Assembly: GCA_964523525.1 (NCBI GenBank)
Contig: CAZFYO010000003.1
Coordinates: 92,911 to 156,910 of the forward strand
Source: an uncultured Elusimicrobia bacterium
Lineage (GTDB): Bacteria; Elusimicrobiota; Elusimicrobia; 2-02-FULL-39-32
DNA: 64,000 nt
Direction of reading: 5' to 3'
Shown here one piece after another: positions 1 to 10,081 of this stretch. Every line of letters begins with the position of its first letter. Position 1 is the stretch's first letter. A program made the translations under genes and the position numbers. Under the pieces are notes generated by a model. The model was given only the letters and a program-made list of their open reading frames with translations. It did not search any database and had not been told where the DNA came from.

Positions 1-753
1 GTGGTGCATACGCAGGGCAACGTGGACCCGGTGCGCGACATCGAGATCATTGAAACGGAACTGATGCTGGCGGATCTCCAGTCGATGGAAAAGCAGGCGG
101 ATAAATTGGCCAGCATGTCGAAGTCGGGTGATAAGGAAGCTCGCGCCCGCTTCGAGATCGCGGAAAAGATTCGGAAAGCGCTGGCCGAGGGAAAGCCGGC
201 GCGCGCTACGGGAGCGTCCGATGCGGAGATGAAAGGTTTCGGCCTTTTGACCTCCAAGCCCATTCTTTATCTGGGCAATGAAGATGAAGACGGCGCCAAG
301 GGCGCGGCGCATGTTGAGGCGCTCAAAAAATTTGCGGAAAGCCGCAAGGCCAACTGGCTGACGATTTCAGGAAAGCTGGAAGCCGAGATTGCGCAGCTCG
401 CGACCGAGGAAGAAAAGAAAACTTTCCGCGAGGAGATGGGCTTAAAAGAAACGGGCCTCGAGCGACTGATCAAGGAGTCTTATAAGCTACTCGGCCTGGC
501 TACCTATTTCACCGCGGGGCCGACCGAAGTCCGCGGTTGGACCATCACCCGGGGCGACAATGCCGTTCAGGCCGCGGGAAAAATCCATTCCGATATCTCC
601 AAGGGCTTTATCCGCGCGGACGTCTATAAGTTCGCCGACATAGACAAGTTCGAAACCGAAAAGGCCCTCCAGGAAAAGGGTCTCAAGCGCTCCGAAGGCA
701 AGGAATACCTCGTTCAGGACGGCGACGTCTGCTACTTCCACTTTAAAAACTGA
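1..753 (+). CDS. ychF: Ribosome-binding ATPase YchF (Obg-like GTPase family), C-terminal portion; 5' end lies outside the window
   Basis: ORF open at the window start; translation shows the YchF C-terminal TGS-like region (…GPTEVRGWTITRGDNAVQAAGKIHSDISKGFIRADVY…). Stop TGA at 751-753. Confidence 0.85.
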   Translation: MVHTQGNVDPVRDIEIIETELMLADLQSMEKQADKLASMSKSGDKEARARFEIAEKIRKALAEGKPARATGASDAEMKGFGLLTSKPILYLGNEDEDGAKGAAHVEALKKFAESRKANWLTISGKLEAEIAQLATEEEKKTFREEMGLKETGLERLIKESYKLLGLATYFTAGPTEVRGWTITRGDNAVQAAGKIHSDISKGFIRADVYKFADIDKFETEKALQEKGLKRSEGKEYLVQDGDVCYFHFKN

Positions 754-756
754 TCC

Positions 757-1104
757 ATGCAGGAAATCCTGATCGGGGCGGGCGTTCTCACCCTGATCGG
801 CGGTCTGGCGCTGGCCCAACAGTATCTCCGGTATGATTTTTTTATGGGGATCGGACTTGGATCCATCATCCTGGGCCTTTTACTGGGAGTTCCTGCAGGG
901 TTCATCTACCATTACAAGCTTTGGAAAGCGCTTAAAGACCGGATCGCGCTTCCCAAAAACTGGTGGCTGTTCCCGGGGCCCCTGCGGGAACGGCTGGATT
1001 CAAGGGAATGGGGGGAGCTCGAGCCCTGGTGGACCGCGGGGGGCTTGGGTTTTCTGCTAGCCATCGCGGGCTGCCTGCTGACGGGTATTGGCCTATTTTT
1101 GTGA
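757..1104 (+). CDS. Small hydrophobic membrane protein, hypothetical
   Basis: 115-aa ORF starting 4 nt after the ychF stop; three to four predicted hydrophobic helices; no recognisable family. Confidence 0.5.
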   Translation: MQEILIGAGVLTLIGGLALAQQYLRYDFFMGIGLGSIILGLLLGVPAGFIYHYKLWKALKDRIALPKNWWLFPGPLRERLDSREWGELEPWWTAGGLGFLLAIAGCLLTGIGLFL

Positions 1105-1114
1105 CCCAAAACTG

Positions 1115-1144
1115 TTGATTCGCCCCGCCGATTTGTGCTATAGT
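1115..1144 (+). promoter_or_regulatory. Candidate sigma-70 promoter for the rpsF operon (TTGATT-N18-TATAGT)
   Basis: -35-like TTGATT (1115-1120) and -10-like TATAGT (1139-1144) about 75 nt upstream of the rpsF start. Confidence 0.3.
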
Positions 1145-1220
1145 ATTCCCCGGTCTCCGTCCCCCAGCGGCGCACACCGATATTTCAAAACACAAATAAC
1201 TACATAAAGGAAGTCATCCA

Positions 1221-1649
1221 GTGAGCATATACGAAAGCATTTTTATTTGCCCGGGCGATATTTCGCAGGAGAAGGTTGAATCCACTCTTGAGAAAGTGAA
1301 GGGCATCATTTCCAAGGCCGACGGCAACATCACCACGTCGGAACTCTGGGGACGCCGCCGCCTCGCCTACCCTATCGAACGGCATCGCGACGGGTTTTAC
1401 GTTTACCTCGTTTTCAACGCGCCGCCCGCCAGCATGGCGTCGCTCAACCACCATTACCGCGTAACGGACACCATCATCCGGGGACTCACCATCAAGGTAG
1501 ACCCGAAGAACGTGGACAAGATCAAGCCCGCGGTGCGCCTCGCGCCCGCCGACGGCACGACCTCGCCCGAAGCTTCTGCCGTTGGAGCCGCGTCCGTAAC
1601 CGCAGCGCCGGTTGCCGCAGTTGCCGCTCCCGCTGCGGAGACCAAATAA
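1221..1649 (+). CDS. rpsF: 30S ribosomal protein S6 with Ala/Pro-rich C-terminal tail
   Basis: GTG start; N-terminal region matches S6 (MSIYESIFI…RRLAYPIERHRDGFYVYLVF); conserved rpsF-ssb-rpsR-rplI order. Confidence 0.85.
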   Translation: MSIYESIFICPGDISQEKVESTLEKVKGIISKADGNITTSELWGRRRLAYPIERHRDGFYVYLVFNAPPASMASLNHHYRVTDTIIRGLTIKVDPKNVDKIKPAVRLAPADGTTSPEASAVGAASVTAAPVAAVAAPAAETK

Positions 1650-1650
1650 C

Positions 1651-2106
1651 ATGATGACGCTCCGCCTTCACCAACTCAACGACGTCCGACTGGTCGGCCG
1701 TTTGACGCGGGACCCGGAGCTCCGTTTTACCGCGAAGGGGCAGGCCGTCTGCCGCATCGATCTGGCCATCAACCGCCGCTATAAGGATCAGACGGGCGAA
1801 TGGAAGGACGATACGTCTTACATCCCGGTCGTGGTCTGGCGCGAAGCCGCGCAGCGCTGCAGCGACCGACTCAAGAAGGGCAGCCCGGTTTACGTCGAAG
1901 GCCGCCTTCGTTCCCGCAACTGGGAAACCAAGGATGGGCAGAAGCGCACATCAATCGAAGTCGATTCCCGCAGCATCCAATTTTTGGCCAAGATGGAAAA
2001 CGAGTCGGAAGGCGCCGATGACGAGCCGAAGCCGGTGGAAGTTGCCGCCGGTTCCGCAAGTCCCGATACCGGCAATAACGGCGACGAAGAAGAGATTCCC
2101 TTTTAA
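1651..2106 (+). CDS. ssb: Single-stranded DNA-binding protein
   Basis: OB-fold SSB signature (VRLVGRLTRDPELRFT…VVVWREAAQ…VYVEGRLRSRNWETKDGQKR) and acidic C-terminal tail ending DEEEIPF; ATG at 1651 directly after the rpsF stop. Confidence 0.85.
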   Translation: MMTLRLHQLNDVRLVGRLTRDPELRFTAKGQAVCRIDLAINRRYKDQTGEWKDDTSYIPVVVWREAAQRCSDRLKKGSPVYVEGRLRSRNWETKDGQKRTSIEVDSRSIQFLAKMENESEGADDEPKPVEVAAGSASPDTGNNGDEEEIPF

Positions 2107-2136
2107 GGGCCGAAAGATCAAGGAGAACTATCAGTC

Positions 2137-2448
2137 ATGACCACCACCCCGCCGTCTTCCCATTCATCCAGCAGCCCTAGACCCGCAGGATCAGGCCCTT
2201 CGGCCCGTCCCGGCGGTCCCGGACGCTTCCGCAAACCCTTCGCGCGCCGCAAAGTCTGCCGCTTCTGCGTCGACAAGGTCGACTATATCGATTTCAAGAA
2301 CGTCAACGTGCTCCGGAACTTCATTTCCGACCGGGGTAAGATGCTCAGCTCGCGCTCCACGGGCGTTTGCGCGTCCCACCAGCGCCATCTGTCCGCAGCG
2401 ATCCGCCGCGCGCGCAACATCGCGATGCTGCCGTTCTCATTCATCTAA
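2137..2448 (+). CDS. rpsR: 30S ribosomal protein S18
   Basis: S18 core (…CRFCVDKVDYIDFKNVNVLRNFISDRGKMLSSRSTGVCASHQRHLSAAIRRARNIAMLPF). Confidence 0.85.
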   Translation: MTTTPPSSHSSSSPRPAGSGPSARPGGPGRFRKPFARRKVCRFCVDKVDYIDFKNVNVLRNFISDRGKMLSSRSTGVCASHQRHLSAAIRRARNIAMLPFSFI

Positions 2449-2461
2449 TTCAGGAGCCATC

Positions 2462-2911
2462 ATGAAAGTCCTTTTGTGCGAAGACGTAGATAAATGCGGT
2501 CAGGCCGGTGAAGTAAAGGTCGTTTCGGACGGTTTCGCCCGGAACTTCCTCCTCCCCAAGAAGCTCGCCACCGCCGCGACGGCCGCCGCGCTCCGCAAGT
2601 GGGAGTCGGAAAAGAAAGTCCGCCAGCTCAAGATCGAAAAGAATTTGGAAGCGGCCCGCAAATCGGCCGGAGAGCTGGAAGCGCTCCAAATCGAGATTCC
2701 CGCGAAGGCCGGCAAAGAGGGCCATCTGTTCGGGTCCATTACGAACCACAACATTGCCGACGCCCTGGCCGCCAAAGGCTTCGCCATCGATAAGAAAAAC
2801 ATCCACCTGGACGCTCCCATCAAAGCCGTCGGGGAGTTCACGGTGCCCGTGAAACTGCACGCGCAGGTCAACGCCCAGCTCAAAGTGCGCGTCGCGGCTT
2901 CCGAACAGTAA
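2462..2911 (+). CDS. rplI: 50S ribosomal protein L9
   Basis: L9 N-terminal motif (MKVLL…DVDKCGQAGEVKVVSDGFARNFLLPKKLA) and typical length. Confidence 0.85.
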   Translation: MKVLLCEDVDKCGQAGEVKVVSDGFARNFLLPKKLATAATAAALRKWESEKKVRQLKIEKNLEAARKSAGELEALQIEIPAKAGKEGHLFGSITNHNIADALAAKGFAIDKKNIHLDAPIKAVGEFTVPVKLHAQVNAQLKVRVAASEQ

Positions 2912-3010
2912 GTCCGAAGCAAAGCCGCAAAGTCCGGCAGAAGTCAGCCCCTCGATTCACAGCAGAAGCGCGAAGGCAGCGCGTTTAAATTTTAACCGCG
3001 GCGGGACGGT

Positions 3011-4438
3011 ATGGAACCTTCGACGATTGACGTAAAAATCAAATCCAACACCCTGCGCCCCGCGGGCGGATCCTCCTCAACAGACCTCAAAGTTCCACCC
3101 TATTCCATCGAAGCCGAAATGGCTGTCCTGGGCTGTATGCTCATCGAAAAGGACGCCCTTGAGCAGGCGCTCGAAATGCTGCATCCCGAAAGTTTTTACG
3201 ACGACCGGCATGGGAAGCTTTTCGCCGCCATCAAGGAGATGTCGAGCGGGAGCGCCGCGATTGATATCGTCACGCTGGTGGACCAACTCAAAAAGACCGG
3301 CACGCTGGAAGCCGTGGGAGGAGCCGATTATCTGACGGAAGTGATGAACGTGGTTCCCACCGCGGCCCATGTGGAAGCCTACGCGCGGATCGTACAGCAG
3401 AAAGAGATTTTGCGGGAGCTGATCAATACTTCCACGAACGTGGTCAGCAGCTGCTACAAGCAGGACGAAGAGCCTGGATTCCTGCTGGACAGCGCGGAGC
3501 AGGCCATCTACAAGATCGCCGACCGGCTGAACAGCAAAAAAGGGCTCCTGCCGCTTTCCGAAATGCTGGGCGAAACCATCGAGCAGCTGGAAACCCTGCA
3601 TCAGAAAAAAGCCGCCGTCACCGGCGTCCCGACGGGCTTCACCAAATTTGACACCATGACGTCCGGTTTCCAGCCGGGCAATCTCGTGATCCTGGCCGCG
3701 CGGCCCGGCATGGGTAAAACCGCGCTGGCGCTGGACATCGCCTTGCACGCCGGCGTGGTCAAGAAAATTCCCACCATCATCTACTCGCTCGAAATGAGCC
3801 AGCAGGAAATCGTGATGCGGCTGTTGTCCGCGCTCTCCATGGTCCCGCTGGGCAAACTGCGCACCGGGTTTTTCCGCAAGGAAGACTGGCCGGTGCTGAC
3901 GCGCAAGGCGGAAGTTCTGTCCGAGTCCCCGATTTACCTGGACCATTCCTCGTCGGGCGTTTCCATTATGACCCTGCGGGCCACGGCGCGGCGGCTCGCG
4001 TCGCAGTTGCGCGCCAAGGGCACGCCGCTCGGCCTCATCGTCATCGACTATTTGCAGCTCATGCAGGGTTCGCGCCGCACGCCGGAAAGCCGCCAGACGG
4101 AAATCGCGGAAATTTCTCGTTCGCTCAAAGGCCTGGCGCTCGATCTTAAAGTGCCCATCATCGCGCTTTCGCAGCTGAACCGCAGCCCCGAAGAGCACGG
4201 CCGCGACGGCAAGCCCCAGCTTTCCCACCTCCGCGAATCGGGCGCCATCGAACAGGACGCTGACCTCGTGGGCTTTATCTACCGCGAAGGCATGTACAAG
4301 AAGGACCCCGATCCCGAGACGCAGCGCAAGGCCAAGCTTATCATCGCCAAGCAGCGTAACGGCCCTCTGGGCGAAGTCGATCTCGTCTTCATCGGCGAAT
4401 GCGCGCGCTTCCAGAACCTCGAGCCCGACGCCGAGTAA
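3011..4438 (+). CDS. dnaB: Replicative DNA helicase DnaB
   Basis: DnaB N-terminal domain (PPYSIEAEMAVLGCML), Walker A (ARPGMGKT), DnaB-family motifs (IVIDYLQLM, SQLNR); 475 aa. Confidence 0.9.
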   Translation: MEPSTIDVKIKSNTLRPAGGSSSTDLKVPPYSIEAEMAVLGCMLIEKDALEQALEMLHPESFYDDRHGKLFAAIKEMSSGSAAIDIVTLVDQLKKTGTLEAVGGADYLTEVMNVVPTAAHVEAYARIVQQKEILRELINTSTNVVSSCYKQDEEPGFLLDSAEQAIYKIADRLNSKKGLLPLSEMLGETIEQLETLHQKKAAVTGVPTGFTKFDTMTSGFQPGNLVILAARPGMGKTALALDIALHAGVVKKIPTIIYSLEMSQQEIVMRLLSALSMVPLGKLRTGFFRKEDWPVLTRKAEVLSESPIYLDHSSSGVSIMTLRATARRLASQLRAKGTPLGLIVIDYLQLMQGSRRTPESRQTEIAEISRSLKGLALDLKVPIIALSQLNRSPEEHGRDGKPQLSHLRESGAIEQDADLVGFIYREGMYKKDPDPETQRKAKLIIAKQRNGPLGEVDLVFIGECARFQNLEPDAE

Positions 4439-4527
4439 TTTCTTCCCTAAATAATCGCCTTCCGCAGGGCCTTCCGGAGGTTTGAAAATCCCGCCGGAAC
4501 TTCATAGAATAATCCGACGATAAAACC

Positions 4528-5658
4528 ATGCCTACAACGCAAAAATTCTTCCGCCCCTGCTGGGTCGAAATCGACCACGACCGTCTTCAAAACAACCTGC
4601 AAGCCATCGCGAAACGGCTTCCGCACCGGAACATCCTGGCCGTGATCAAAGCCAACGCCTACGGGCACGGAGTGGTGCCGGTGGCGCGCACTCTGGCGAA
4701 ATCCAAAATCAAACCCAAATTTTTCGGCATCACGTCCATCGAAGAAGCCCTGCAGATCAAAAAAGCGGGCCTCAAAATCCCCAGCCTGATATTGGGCAAT
4801 ATCTTCCCGTTTTCAAACCTCGTGCACGCCGTCAAGAATGATATCCGGGTGACCGTGGCGAGCGCGGAGTCCGCGAAGATGTGCGACCATTACGGCAAGA
4901 AGCTCCGCCGGAAAGTGCATGCGCACGCGAAGATCGATACCGGAATGGGGCGGATCGGCGTCAACGTCTACAAGAGCGCCGAGTTTGTCCGGCAGATCAG
5001 CGCGCTCAGGCACGTCGAGCTCGAAGGGCTCTACACGCATTTTTCCGATTCCGCCGATGATCCCGGCTTCACGCAAAAGCAGATGGGGCTTTTCGCCGGC
5101 CTTGTGAAACAGGTGAAATCGGAAGGCATCTCCATACCGTACATCCACTGCGCCAACAGCGCGGCGATTTTCAAATATGACGCGGCGCACTTCACGCTGG
5201 TGCGTCCGGGCATTTCGTTGTATGGGATTCTCCCGATGCGCGAGCACTCGTTTTCGCTGGAACCCATCCTCGCCTGGAAGAGTCGCATCGTGTTTCTGAA
5301 AGACGTCCCGGTTGGGACGCCGGTCAGCTACGCGCGCACGTTCGTGACGCAGAGACCATCGCGCATCGCGACCGCGGCGTTCGGCTACGCCGACGGGTTT
5401 CGCCGCAGCTTTTCAAACAAGGCGCAGGTGCTGGTGAACGGGAAGCGCGCGCCGGTACTGGGCCGCATCACCATGGATATGACCATGCTCGACGTCACCG
5501 ATATCCCGGGAGTCCGGGTCGGGGACGAGGTGGTGATCCTGGGTCGGCAGGGAAAAGATGAAGTGTCCGTCTGGGAGCTGGCGGCCTGGGCGGGAACGTC
5601 GCCCTACGAAATATTTTGCGGCATCTCGACGCGAGTGCCGCGCGTGGACGTGCGCTGA
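4528..5658 (+). CDS. alr: Alanine racemase
   Basis: PLP-lysine region (AVIKANAYGHG) and C-terminal alanine-racemase domain; dnaB-alr adjacency as in E. coli. Confidence 0.85.
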   Translation: MPTTQKFFRPCWVEIDHDRLQNNLQAIAKRLPHRNILAVIKANAYGHGVVPVARTLAKSKIKPKFFGITSIEEALQIKKAGLKIPSLILGNIFPFSNLVHAVKNDIRVTVASAESAKMCDHYGKKLRRKVHAHAKIDTGMGRIGVNVYKSAEFVRQISALRHVELEGLYTHFSDSADDPGFTQKQMGLFAGLVKQVKSEGISIPYIHCANSAAIFKYDAAHFTLVRPGISLYGILPMREHSFSLEPILAWKSRIVFLKDVPVGTPVSYARTFVTQRPSRIATAAFGYADGFRRSFSNKAQVLVNGKRAPVLGRITMDMTMLDVTDIPGVRVGDEVVILGRQGKDEVSVWELAAWAGTSPYEIFCGISTRVPRVDVR

Positions 5659-6455
5659 TGGAAGAAAAACGGGCTCATAATCCTGTCGCCGCCGTTGGGG
5701 ACAGAGCTTTGAAGCTCGCGCATTCCTTTGGCGAGATCACGGTCTTGACGCAGAAGACATTTATATCCATTTTTCAGTTCACTCCCGGGCGCAATATCGG
5801 CCAGCAGCTTCTGGAGATGGGCGCGCGTTCTTTTTCAGTCACATCGCTCACGCTGCTTTTTACGGGAATGGTGCTGGCGCTGCAAACCGGAACCTCCTTT
5901 CTCAAACTGTTCAACGAGCCGCTTTATGTCGGACGGATCGTGGGCATTTCCATCGTGAAAGAGCTGGGGCCCGTGCTGACGGCGATGGTGTTCGCCGGAA
6001 GGGTCGGCGCCGCGATCGCCGCGGAGCTGGGCACGATGAAGGTCACGGAGCAGATCGACGCGCTCTATACGCTCGGCACCAATCCCATCAAGTATCTCAC
6101 GGTGCCGCGCTTTATCGCTGCCATCGCCATGCTGCCGTTCCTCACCATCTACTCCGATTTTCTCGGCGTCTTCGGCGGCTATCTCGTGGCGACGCTCAAA
6201 TTTTCCATCCCGAGTCCCGTTTATCTGGACGATATCTATGCGCTTCAGATCCGCGAGGTCGCGCACGGCCTCATCAAATCGGTGGTTTTTGGCTTGATCG
6301 TGGTATCCGTGTCCTGCTACAAGGGCCTGACCACCCACGGCGGCGCGGAAGGCGTGGGCAAGTCGACCACGTCGGCCGTGGTGATCTCCATGGTGTCCAT
6401 TTTGATCGGCGACTATTTCCTCTCCGCAGTGCTGGTCGCGCTCCGCATCGGCTGA
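5658..6455 (+). CDS. mlaE: ABC transporter permease, MlaE family (lipid-asymmetry/MCE-type transporter)
   Basis: Polytopic membrane protein with MlaE-like sequence; ATG at 5658 overlaps the alr stop; followed by an ATPase and an MCE protein. Confidence 0.8.
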   Translation: MEEKRAHNPVAAVGDRALKLAHSFGEITVLTQKTFISIFQFTPGRNIGQQLLEMGARSFSVTSLTLLFTGMVLALQTGTSFLKLFNEPLYVGRIVGISIVKELGPVLTAMVFAGRVGAAIAAELGTMKVTEQIDALYTLGTNPIKYLTVPRFIAAIAMLPFLTIYSDFLGVFGGYLVATLKFSIPSPVYLDDIYALQIREVAHGLIKSVVFGLIVVSVSCYKGLTTHGGAEGVGKSTTSAVVISMVSILIGDYFLSAVLVALRIG

Positions 6456-6458
6456 TCC

Positions 6459-7226
6459 ATGGCGATGATCGACGTCCAGGACCTGCATAAATCGTTCGGC
6501 TCCAAGGTTATACATAACGGCGTGACTTTCCAAGTCGAAGAGGGGGAGGTTCTGACCCTTATCGGAGGCTCCGGCAGCGGCAAATCCGTGCTGCTGAAGC
6601 AGCTGGTTGGGTTGCTTAAACCCAACTCCGGGACCATCACCATCGACGGAAAAGAGATCTCGCGGCTCGACGAGGATGAGTTACACAAAGTCCAAAAAAT
6701 GATAGGATATGTTTTCCAGGAAGCCGCGCTTTTTGATTCACTGACCGTCGGAGAAAACGTGGCTTTCGGCCTGCGCAATCTGATGGGCGTCGACAGCGAC
6801 GAAGCCCGCGGGATCGTGGAGGAAAAGCTGGCGCTGGTGGGACTGTCCGGCGCGGAGAACTTCAAGCCCGCGCAGCTGTCGGGCGGCATGAAGAAGCGCG
6901 TCGGCATCGCGCGCGCCATCGCGTTCACGCCCAAGATTTTGCTTTACGATGAGCCCACCACGGGCCTTGACCCCGTGATGTCCGACGTCATCAGCGACCT
7001 GATTTTGAAGCTCAAAAAAGAAACGGGAGTGACCTCCATCGCCGTCACGCACGACATGAAGTCCGCCTACAAGATTTCGAACCGCATCGCGATGCTCTAC
7101 GAAGGCAAGGTGCTTGAGACCGGCACCTCCGAACAGATGCAGCATTCGGCCAACCCTGTCGTCCGGCAGTTCATCTCCGGTTCCAGCGACGGGCCCATCC
7201 CCGTTCCCGACATGGAGACGGCTTGA
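6459..7226 (+). CDS. mlaF: ABC transporter ATP-binding protein, MlaF family
   Basis: Walker A (GGSGSGKS), ABC signature (LSGGMKKRVGIARA), Walker B (LLYDEPTTGLD). Confidence 0.85.
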   Translation: MAMIDVQDLHKSFGSKVIHNGVTFQVEEGEVLTLIGGSGSGKSVLLKQLVGLLKPNSGTITIDGKEISRLDEDELHKVQKMIGYVFQEAALFDSLTVGENVAFGLRNLMGVDSDEARGIVEEKLALVGLSGAENFKPAQLSGGMKKRVGIARAIAFTPKILLYDEPTTGLDPVMSDVISDLILKLKKETGVTSIAVTHDMKSAYKISNRIAMLYEGKVLETGTSEQMQHSANPVVRQFISGSSDGPIPVPDMETA

Positions 7227-8608
7227 ACCTCGAAACCAAGGTCGGATTCTTCGTCCTGCTCGGCCTGGCCATCCTGGCGGTCACCGTCATGAAGCTTTCC
7301 GACGTCCGGCTCGAGCGCCGCTATACAGTCTACATGGTTTTCCAGGACATTCAGGGGCTGAACGACAAGAGCCAGGTGCGGATCGCCGGGGTGGAAGTGG
7401 GCCAGGTGAAGAAGGTCGAGCTCGAAGAGGGCCGCGCGAAAGTCACCACCCAGATCAAGGGCGACGTTCCCATCTACGCCAACGCGGTCGTGCGCGTGAA
7501 GCTGATCGGATTGATCGGATCGCAATTTTTGGATCTGAACCCGGGAACGCCGGAGTCGCCGAAGCTGAAAGACGGCGATACGCTTTACGGCGCGCCGACC
7601 AAATCGTTGACCGATTTAATTGATAAGCTGAACGAGCTGATCGAAGGCAAGCCCGGGAAGCCCGGCATTGGCGACGACCTGAAGGCGACTGTTTCCAATC
7701 TGCGCAGCGTCACGGAATCCCTGAACTTCGCGATCGGCATGCAGCGCGACGAGATGAAAGGCATCGTCAAAAACCTCCATTCCTTCACCGTGGATCTGAA
7801 AGGCCTCGCGTCGGACCTGCACGAGATTTCCTCCAGCAAGAAAGCCGATATCGAAGCCTCCATCACCAAACTGCGATCGGTGCTGGAGCGCGTGGATGAA
7901 ATCATGGCCAAGGTCCAGCGCGGCGAAGGCGCCGTGGGTCGCCTGCTCGCGGACAAAGAAATGGGCGAAGAAGTGAAGAAGACCGTTTCCAATTTGAAAG
8001 ACACGTCCGAATCCGCGAAGGAAGTGCTGGGCCGCTTCACCAAGATCCGCTCCTTCTGGGAATTCCAGGGGCGCGCGGTGCCGGCGGCCGGCGTGGTTCG
8101 GGCGGACGGCGGCATCCGGCTTCAGCCGCGCGACCACAAGTATTATTACCTCGGCGTGTCGAACGCGGGCGACCGGAAAGACGAGTTTAAGACCGAGGGC
8201 GATTACGAGAAGAAAACCACGATCAACGCCCTGCTCGGCAAGGATTTCGGCCCCGTCACCGTGGAAATCGGCGCGGTGCGGTCTTCCGGCGGCCTCGGGT
8301 TCAAATATTATCCGTTCAAACCGTGGGTGGACCGGCGGAGCGCGAATCCCTGGCTTGAGAACATCGAGTTGAACGCCTACGCGTTCGACTTCCCGCGCGA
8401 CGAGATCCGCGGGCGCGCCGGCCGCGAGCGTCACTTCAAGGGCCCGCAGTACAACATCGGCGCCAAATACGGCGTGACGCGCTGGTTGAAAGTCGGCGCC
8501 AACGTGGAAGATCTGAGCGAAGTCCGGCAGTACAACGTCGCGACGCACCTGGTTTTCGAAGACCGCGATCTCGCCTATCTCTTCGGCTTCGTGAGTTTTG
8601 CCCGATAA
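7223..8608 (+). CDS. mlaD: MCE-domain protein (MlaD-like) with long C-terminal extension
   Basis: N-terminal TM helix then MCE domain; TTG start overlapping the mlaF stop; 461 aa, far longer than a canonical MlaD. Confidence 0.75.
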   Translation: MNLETKVGFFVLLGLAILAVTVMKLSDVRLERRYTVYMVFQDIQGLNDKSQVRIAGVEVGQVKKVELEEGRAKVTTQIKGDVPIYANAVVRVKLIGLIGSQFLDLNPGTPESPKLKDGDTLYGAPTKSLTDLIDKLNELIEGKPGKPGIGDDLKATVSNLRSVTESLNFAIGMQRDEMKGIVKNLHSFTVDLKGLASDLHEISSSKKADIEASITKLRSVLERVDEIMAKVQRGEGAVGRLLADKEMGEEVKKTVSNLKDTSESAKEVLGRFTKIRSFWEFQGRAVPAAGVVRADGGIRLQPRDHKYYYLGVSNAGDRKDEFKTEGDYEKKTTINALLGKDFGPVTVEIGAVRSSGGLGFKYYPFKPWVDRRSANPWLENIELNAYAFDFPRDEIRGRAGRERHFKGPQYNIGAKYGVTRWLKVGANVEDLSEVRQYNVATHLVFEDRDLAYLFGFVSFAR

Positions 8609-8644
8609 CGGTAAGCGAATCGGCTTTGATCGAATTCAAACAAT

Positions 8645-10033
8645 ATGTCACTGAAACTATCTAAATCGAAAACGATATTCCGCTGCCAGGAGTGCGGCTA
8701 TTCCACGGCGAAGTGGCTGGGAAAGTGTTCGGACTGCGGCAAGTGGAATTCCCTCGTGGAAGAGCGGCAGGTGGAGCCGAGCGCAGCGACACGGACCCTG
8801 CTGACGGATTTTTCGTCGCAGGTTCGGCTCATCTCTGAGGTTTCCACGGCGCAGCACGATCGCGTCCGGACAGGCATCGTCGAGTTCGATCGTATGATCG
8901 GCGGCGGCATCGTCCCGGGCAGCCTGGTGCTATTGGGCGGCGCGCCCGGAATCGGGAAGTCCACGCTGATGCTGCAGGTCGCGTCGAATCTTTCCAAGAA
9001 ACGCAAAGTCCTTTACGTTTCGGGTGAAGAGTCTCAGGAACAGATCAAATCGCGCTCGGACCGCTTAAAACTGTCATCGCCGGGGCTTTATCTTCTTTCC
9101 GAGACCAGCCTTGAGAACATCCTGGAGAGCATCAAGACGATCTCGCCCGATTTTTTGATCATTGATTCCATTCAGACGACATATCGTTCCGACATCGGCT
9201 CCGCTCCCGGCTCGGTGGGCCAGGTGCGCGAATGCGCCACGGAGTTTCTGCGCGTGGCGAAGTCTCAGAAGGTCACAACGTTCATTCTGGGTCACGTGAC
9301 GAAAGAGGGTGATCTCGCCGGGCCGCGCGTGCTGGAACATATTGTTGACACCGTTTTGTATTTTGAGAGCGAGCGCCACCAGATGTATCGGATTTTGCGC
9401 GCCTATAAAAACCGTTTCGGTCCGACGTCCGAGATCGGGCTTTTCGAGATGGGCGCAAGCGGACTCGAGGAAGTTTCGAACCCGTCGCAATTTTTTCTGA
9501 ACGAGCACCACCGCGGCCCCGGATCCATGCTGGTTTCAACGGTGGAAGGATCGCGGCCCATTTTGCTCGAAATCCAGGCGCTGGTCAGCCGCACGCCGTT
9601 CGGCCTGCCGCGGCGCCAGGTGACGGGACTGGACTTTAACCGCGTGCTCCTCATGATCGCCGTGCTGGAAAACCGGCTGGGAATTAATTTGCAGAACCAC
9701 GACGTTTTCGTGAACGTTACAGGCGGCGCAAAGATCAAAGAGCCGGCGATCGATCTCGGCATCGCCTGCGCCATCGCCAGCGCGTTCGGCGACTTTAACG
9801 CCGATACCGACGGCGTGCTGATCGGTGAAGTCGGCCTCGGCGGCGAAATCCGCAACGTCGGCCAGGTGCTGGAGCGCCTCAAAGAAGCCGAGAAGCTCGG
9901 CATGAAGTGGGCGGTTATTCCCAAGCGCGCGCTCAAAGAAAAATTTGTCTCGAACACGCTTAAAGTCGTGCCGGTAGAGTCGTTGGAAGAGACGGTCCGT
10001 TGGATGCGCCCGGCGGCATCCAAACCGTCTTAA
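8645..10033 (+). CDS. radA: DNA repair protein RadA/Sms
   Basis: N-terminal zinc ribbon (CQECGYSTAKWLGKCSDCGKWNS), RecA-like Walker A (GAPGIGKST), C-terminal Lon-protease-like domain. Confidence 0.9.
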   Translation: MSLKLSKSKTIFRCQECGYSTAKWLGKCSDCGKWNSLVEERQVEPSAATRTLLTDFSSQVRLISEVSTAQHDRVRTGIVEFDRMIGGGIVPGSLVLLGGAPGIGKSTLMLQVASNLSKKRKVLYVSGEESQEQIKSRSDRLKLSSPGLYLLSETSLENILESIKTISPDFLIIDSIQTTYRSDIGSAPGSVGQVRECATEFLRVAKSQKVTTFILGHVTKEGDLAGPRVLEHIVDTVLYFESERHQMYRILRAYKNRFGPTSEIGLFEMGASGLEEVSNPSQFFLNEHHRGPGSMLVSTVEGSRPILLEIQALVSRTPFGLPRRQVTGLDFNRVLLMIAVLENRLGINLQNHDVFVNVTGGAKIKEPAIDLGIACAIASAFGDFNADTDGVLIGEVGLGGEIRNVGQVLERLKEAEKLGMKWAVIPKRALKEKFVSNTLKVVPVESLEETVRWMRPAASKPS

Positions 10034-10081
10034 TTATTCTCATACAGCGTCATTATATTATCGTCATCAAGGAGCCTTTTC

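Noticed and set aside
3077-4228. 383-aa minus-strand ORF antisense to dnaB
   Set aside because: Arg/Gly-rich, no motifs, and the opposite strand encodes an unmistakable DnaB; a typical high-GC antisense open frame.
7616-8548. 310-aa minus-strand ORF antisense to the MCE gene
   Set aside because: Low-complexity Arg/Ala-rich translation entirely within a motif-bearing + strand gene.
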